Source: Parcubacteria group bacterium M6-OD1-4 (GTDB lineage: Bacteria > Patescibacteriota > Patescibacteriia > Patescibacteriales > UBA12465). Taken from it: DNA of 64,000 bases. Of the stretch, positions 59,389 to 64,000 are shown in pieces; position 1 is the first letter of the stretch; the number at the start of each line of letters is the position of its first letter. Location: assembly GCA_003056205.1 (NCBI GenBank), contig LSNS01000004.1, positions 55,870-119,869 on the forward strand, in the 5' to 3' direction. The notes under the pieces were generated by a model. It was not told the DNA's origin, searched no databases, and worked only from the letters and a program-made list of their open reading frames with translations. The translations under genes and the position numbers were made by a program.

Positions 59389-59838
59389 TTAATGAGCAAT
59401 AGTGCCTAAGATAAATCTAGTCAAAGCGTAAGACATAAAGATTACTATCAAACCAATCGCCGACCAAAGAATAATGTCTCGCCCCTTCTTAACCTTGTCT
59501 TGATTACCAGAAGAAGTCATCCAAATTAAACCACCATAAATAAACATTAATAAAGCAAGAGAACCAACAACTCCCATGACTGCAGTAATGACTTTACCAA
59601 TTAAAATATTGAAACTACTAGTATTAGTTCCCAGCGGATTGACGAGAACTGTGGGATTGGTTTGATTAGCTAAATTGACAACCCAACGACAACCAGTGGT
59701 CTTCTTGCAGGTGACCTTTGTAGTAATTGTCGAACAGTTTGAATTATTAGTTCCAGTGCAAGAACCAGAAGCATTAGAAAACGATGGCCAAAGTAAAAAA
59801 GTGCTGATTAAGATTAATAAAAATAATTTTTTAAACAT
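59389..59838 (-). CDS. CPR-type pilin (TrbC/VirB2-like) with Cys-rich insert
   Basis: Signal peptide, NPLG, IYGG..WMTSSG..KG..IG pattern. Confidence 0.8.
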   Translation of the reverse strand: MFKKLFLLILISTFLLWPSFSNASGSCTGTNNSNCSTITTKVTCKKTTGCRWVVNLANQTNPTVLVNPLGTNTSSFNILIGKVITAVMGVVGSLALLMFIYGGLIWMTSSGNQDKVKKGRDIILWSAIGLIVIFMSYALTRFILGTIAH

Positions 59839-59927
59839 ATATAGTTTTTACTTTTATAAACTCTACTACTATTAAAACACATTTTTGAAAATAAAAAAAG
59901 AGGGGAAGTAAAAGTTCCCCCTCAATG

Positions 59928-60611
59928 TCACGAAATCTTAATAGAGATAAAAACGGGTTTCTTGGTGGCCCGTAATTTAAAATCTCCATTAGGAAGGTGA
60001 GTGTTTCTCCCCTCTCTAACAAAAATAGGAGCTACCCCTTTTTGTATAAAAAAGAAAGAACCATCTGCCGCAAATTCCGCGGATTTTAGGTTGTTAATCG
60101 GGATGTTTAACCAACCTGTTTCCTCATTTGGTTTTAAGTCAAATCGAGGATTATCTCCGGGGTAGTAATAATGGACTATCTTCTCCATTGTTATTTTTGA
60201 TGGAGTCGGAGTAGATAATATTGTAGACCTCTTAACCTCCGTCTTTTGAATCTTATTAATATCACTACGCACAAAATAGTGCGTGGAAATATTATAAGAG
60301 AAAAACAAGAAAATAAAGATAACGATAGTCAAGCCAAACTCAGACGGACTATTTTGGGCCGAATCATAAGCCCATAGAAACAGGAGAGTCAATACCAAGG
60401 CAACAGCTTGTTGCACCCAATATTGCATATTATTTAAGCTACTGCTAATCGCATAATAAACGATAAAAGCAATGATAAATAATATTACTACTCTAATAAA
60501 ACCTTGAAGATATACATTTTTAAAATCTATATTACGAGGTTTTTTAGAATCAAAAGAAGTATTTTTCGGATCTGTACCAAAGATTGTTGGTACTTCATCA
60601 ATTTTACCCAT
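59928..60611 (-). CDS. hypothetical membrane protein
   Basis: Three TM helices; second gene after SPFH; AAGGA RBS. Confidence 0.65.
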   Translation of the reverse strand: MGKIDEVPTIFGTDPKNTSFDSKKPRNIDFKNVYLQGFIRVVILFIIAFIVYYAISSSLNNMQYWVQQAVALVLTLLFLWAYDSAQNSPSEFGLTIVIFIFLFFSYNISTHYFVRSDINKIQKTEVKRSTILSTPTPSKITMEKIVHYYYPGDNPRFDLKPNEETGWLNIPINNLKSAEFAADGSFFFIQKGVAPIFVREGRNTHLPNGDFKLRATKKPVFISIKIS

Positions 60612-60625
60612 TTTTTATTCCTTTC

Positions 60626-61810
60626 TTAATCATTAGTTTTAAATCCAGCACCAAATTCCGCACCAGCACCCACATTGCTATTACTGCCAACAATAACAGT
60701 TTTATCAGTACTCTTGGCTTTAGCAACTGCTGTCCACTGCATATCAGCAATCATTAAAGGAACAATTCCTTGCACAGGAACGCCCTTACTTATTAGAGAA
60801 CCAACTTTACTAGAAAGACCTTGACCTTGAAGTTCAAAAAACTTCTCCTCAGCCTCACCCTCTTTAATCCGAGCTTCTTTAGAAGCTTCAGCTTCAATAA
60901 TCTTGATTTTTTTATCAATCTCAGCTTTTTTAGCTTCAATTTCTCTAACCTCAAGATCCTTTTGAGCTTTTAACTTCCGGGCTCTTTGTTCTTTAATGTC
61001 TACCGGCAAATTAACGTCAGCAACGGTTAAAGAAATAGGTTCCATCCCCCATCTTGCCAAAAGGGTGTAAAACTCACTTTTAGTAATATCAAGATCAGAA
61101 TCACCCATAGAATTCTCATCGATCTTAACATTCTTAATAATTGAATTAAGTGAAAATTTTCCCTTCAGCTTAATAGCCTCATCGGTGGTATACTGCCCAA
61201 GAAAAGAGCGTAAAACCCCTTCCGTTTTTTCTCTTATAAAAGTGAGAATGTTAGCAGGATAATAAGTAGCTTTCTCGGAATCAATTATTTTAAAATATAA
61301 AAAAGCTGTTACTGAAGCAGAAGAATCCATAAATTCAATATCTCCCAAATAGTGCTCCTCTTTTCCATTTTCTAAATACAATTCTAATATTTGGTCTCCC
61401 ATCGGCACTTTTCCTCTAATCTGGAAAAAATCAAACCAAAGCAATATAAAATGTAATTTAGACGTTAAGGGGTAACCAATATATTCTCCCAAATATTCTA
61501 CAATAAGTTCGGTCATATGCGGAACTTGAGTCCAACTTGCTTTTATAATTACAAAAGAAACTACAATCATTGTAATCAGAAAAACCAAGAGAAAAGAAAG
61601 AATCTCGTGTAAGGGTAACGGAATATCCATTATTTTGAATAAGGGGAAGGGAATATTCATTATTTTGAATAATCCTAAAACCATCATGGAAAATACCATG
61701 GAAGCAAGAACTGTTATCACCGAGACATAGATCCAAAAATTTTGAATTTTTTTCCGATAAATCTGGATTTTCAGTTCTTTTTTTTCGTCATTTTCTTCAA
61801 TTGCATTCAT
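60626..61810 (-). CDS. SPFH/band 7 domain protein
   Basis: Two TM, VEYLGEY, LRSFLG, WG..V.DV.LP, coiled coil with AEA repeats; AAGGAGG RBS. Confidence 0.85.
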   Translation of the reverse strand: MNAIEENDEKKELKIQIYRKKIQNFWIYVSVITVLASMVFSMMVLGLFKIMNIPFPLFKIMDIPLPLHEILSFLLVFLITMIVVSFVIIKASWTQVPHMTELIVEYLGEYIGYPLTSKLHFILLWFDFFQIRGKVPMGDQILELYLENGKEEHYLGDIEFMDSSASVTAFLYFKIIDSEKATYYPANILTFIREKTEGVLRSFLGQYTTDEAIKLKGKFSLNSIIKNVKIDENSMGDSDLDITKSEFYTLLARWGMEPISLTVADVNLPVDIKEQRARKLKAQKDLEVREIEAKKAEIDKKIKIIEAEASKEARIKEGEAEEKFFELQGQGLSSKVGSLISKGVPVQGIVPLMIADMQWTAVAKAKSTDKTVIVGSNSNVGAGAEFGAGFKTND

Positions 61811-61918
61811 TTTAAAGGCCCTCCTTGGCCTATTTTTTTGTTTGTTTATTATTTTTTTTTATTATTCAATTTTTAATGAACTTTTTTGCCAAAGCATCCA
61901 AAACTCATTTGTCAAAAT

Positions 61919-61947
61919 ACTATATCACTTTTATATAATATTGTCAA
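61919..61947 (-). promoter_or_regulatory. sigma70-type promoter for the SPFH operon
   Basis: TTGACA-17nt-TATAGT with TG extension. Confidence 0.65.
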
Positions 61948-62157
61948 CCACAGCCAAATATATATTCTTTTATAGCATGAAAAATTATGTAATATTAAAT
62001 AATTCTTATACTAAAATATATAAATAATTTTAGAATATTGTAAGCTATTATTTATTTTAAGTTATCGTTTTAAATTATTTTCTATTAATTTATAAAAAAA
62101 GACTGCTAATTAATAAAAAATTAATATAACAGTCTAAATAAATCTCAGAAGTCGACT

Positions 62158-62760
62158 TTAGTGGCTAGCCAACCAATCATTAATAGAAGTTCTTTTTTTT
62201 TCTATTTTTTTCACGAATGTTTTTAAACTAGGACTTTCAGCAAGACTTTGGGTCGCATCAACAACTTTTTTGGCGACATTTTTAATATTTTGCGAAGTAC
62301 TACTGAATCCTCCAGAGGCTTGTAAAAAAGCAAAGATTTGTTCTTCGGTCATAGCGGACATTAAAAATATAGTCTGTCCTCCCCGAACATTCATATTAAT
62401 AGTATCTGAAGATTTTAATTTTCTCTTAGAGTCCTCAAGACTATCTAAAAAAACCGCCTCTTCATTACTACCAATAATTTTGATTATAAAATTACGTGCT
62501 TCGGGGTGAGCATTAATAACTCTAACAATTTTTTGAATTTGTTCAATCGTTACTCCTAATTTCAAGAAAGCATAATTACAAGCAGATTGAAATAAGGCGT
62601 TATAATCAATATTAGATTTATTCGCCGAAAAATTGAAAGGGCTACCAGTTTGAACGGTGTTTTTTGTTAGACCAACAGCACTTAAAATACTGGCGATAGT
62701 TAAAGATCCTTTGCTAACCTTTTCCCATAATAATTCTCTTTGAGACTTTTCTTCTTTCAT
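62158..62760 (-). CDS. hypothetical protein
   Basis: Start taken at MKEEKSQ (62760) after an AAGGA RBS; the track's longer start overlaps the leader. Confidence 0.6.
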   Translation of the reverse strand: MKEEKSQRELLWEKVSKGSLTIASILSAVGLTKNTVQTGSPFNFSANKSNIDYNALFQSACNYAFLKLGVTIEQIQKIVRVINAHPEARNFIIKIIGSNEEAVFLDSLEDSKRKLKSSDTINMNVRGGQTIFLMSAMTEEQIFAFLQASGGFSSTSQNIKNVAKKVVDATQSLAESPSLKTFVKKIEKKRTSINDWLASH

Positions 62761-62907
62761 GATAAATTTCCTTTCTTTTTTTTGTGTATTTTTATTTTGT
62801 TTATACTCAATTTTTAATGAACTTATTGATTTGAACTTTGAAGGTTGATTTAGATTAAATACTACATCAACCATCTATTGTACTAAAAAAATTTAATTAT
62901 TGCTTTG

Positions 62908-62936
62908 ATTATATCATTTTTATTATCTACTATCAA
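62908..62936 (-). promoter_or_regulatory. sigma70-type promoter
   Basis: TTGATA-17nt-TATAAT with TG extension. Confidence 0.65.
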
Positions 62937-63035
62937 TATCGGAAGTGTTGTAATTCTTAAAATAATAAACAGTTAAATTTATTTTAGATTTTATTTAACT
63001 TTACTCTTGCCATTGAATAGCTTAGACATAGTTAC

Positions 63036-63404
63036 TTATATTTTATATTTTTCTAAAGCATGTTGAATAGCCCAGAGACCTAAAAGCGCACATTTATAAC
63101 GTCGCTCACTTATTTTAATTCCCAAGCTCTTTTCTAAATTCTTAAATTCATAAGTTAAAACTTCAGCCTTGGTCTTACCGACTAGTTCCTCGCTTAAAAT
63201 AGAAATTGCAGCTTGAGAAATTGCACAACCTTCACCAACAAATTTAATTTCTTTAATCTTTAAACCAGTCATCTTTAAACTAACCGCAATATCATCGCCG
63301 CAGGTATCATTCACTTCATGATAGTGAGCATCAGCATGAGCAATTACCCCTTGATGATGCGGATGTTTATAGTGATCTAAAATATTTTGGGCATATAAAT
63401 CCAT
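63036..63404 (-). CDS. sufU: SufU/NifU-type Fe-S scaffold protein
   Basis: LYAQNILDHYKHP, NDTCGD, GCAISQA, RYKCA; start at MDLYAQ. Confidence 0.9.
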   Translation of the reverse strand: MDLYAQNILDHYKHPHHQGVIAHADAHYHEVNDTCGDDIAVSLKMTGLKIKEIKFVGEGCAISQAAISILSEELVGKTKAEVLTYEFKNLEKSLGIKISERRYKCALLGLWAIQHALEKYKI

Positions 63405-63411
63405 AGAGTTT

Positions 63412-64000
63412 TTAAGAATTATCTTTATTATTCCAAAGTCGATATAATTTTTTAAGTTTCCTGATAAAAATATCAATTTCAGCTTTTGTATTATAAAAAC
63501 TTAAACTAGCTCGTAAAGTAGCTGACAAAGAAAAAAACTGGTGAAGGGGTTGGGTGCAATGATTCCCTGCTCGTAAGATAATAGCCTCTTGACCTAATAA
63601 ATCCGCAGCATCATGGGGGTGAATGCCCGTAATTAATAAAGAAAAGACAGGTAATTTTTGGGATAATAAACGGGGTCGTCCTAAAACTTTCACAAATTTT
63701 AAAGTGGCCAGACGCTCTAAAAAGTAGCTTGTCAGTTTTTGTTCTTGCGCTTGAATCGTTTGCCAACCTAGTTTATTAACATACTGAATAGCCGCTGCCA
63801 AACCAATGGCTTCTGCAATCGGCGGTGTTCCAGCTTCAAATTTATGAGGTAGTTTATTAACGGTAAAATGATCTTGATAAACGGCACCAATCATTTCCCC
63901 TCCTCCGAGAAACGGGGGCATTTTTTGCAATAATTCCTGACGACCATACAGAACACCAATTCCTGTTGGTCCCCAGATCTTATGACCAGAAAAAACTAAA
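63412..64000 (-). CDS. sufS: cysteine desulfurase SufS (3' part; continues beyond window)
   Basis: SGHKIWGPTG near the window edge, FEAGTP, IHPHD, RAGNHC, RASL. Confidence 0.92.
   Translation of the reverse strand, partial: LVFSGHKIWGPTGIGVLYGRQELLQKMPPFLGGGEMIGAVYQDHFTVNKLPHKFEAGTPPIAEAIGLAAAIQYVNKLGWQTIQAQEQKLTSYFLERLATLKFVKVLGRPRLLSQKLPVFSLLITGIHPHDAADLLGQEAIILRAGNHCTQPLHQFFSLSATLRASLSFYNTKAEIDIFIRKLKKLYRLWNNKDNS

Noticed and set aside
1173-62509. Antisense or out-of-frame ORFs in the track (e.g. 1173, 4429, 4876, 5861, 6596, 16525, 24182, 36540, 36822, 39071, 49261, 62270)
   Set aside because: They lie within or almost wholly overlap well-supported genes; shadow ORFs.

Overview
AT-rich bacterial chromosome segment in genetic code 11. 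Its gene content and style (baseplate-J-like protein, TrbC-like pilin, few Shine-Dalgarno sites) suggest a CPR/Patescibacteria (Parcubacteria-like) genome; this taxonomy is inferred. Housekeeping genes include lysS, greA, rpmE, prfA, prmC, rplY, rodA, dnaE, parAB, rnhB, hisS, rarA, rpmG, mutM and sufSU, plus five tRNAs and a copper/oxidative-stress block. Three accessory regions stand out. (1) 30.0-37.4 kb, between two convergent tRNA-Leu genes: an integron-like platform with a short tyrosine recombinase lacking the IntI-specific insertion, overlapping divergent promoters, and single-gene cassettes separated by TAAC...GTTA attC-like hairpins with a 5/2-nt spacer. Several cassettes carry their own long terminal inverted repeats, and one hairpin encloses a gene. 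(2) 42.2-44.4 kb: an integrase-less cluster of the same cassette type, inside a segment bounded by a 36-bp duplicate of the predicted hisS promoter. (3) 0-8.6 kb: accessory genes downstream of tRNA-Gln, separated by a recurring ~60-190-bp junction built from tRNA-Gln 3'-end fragments, a hairpin and (in three copies) an extended -10 promoter. All calls come from reading the sequence by eye; no searches were run.
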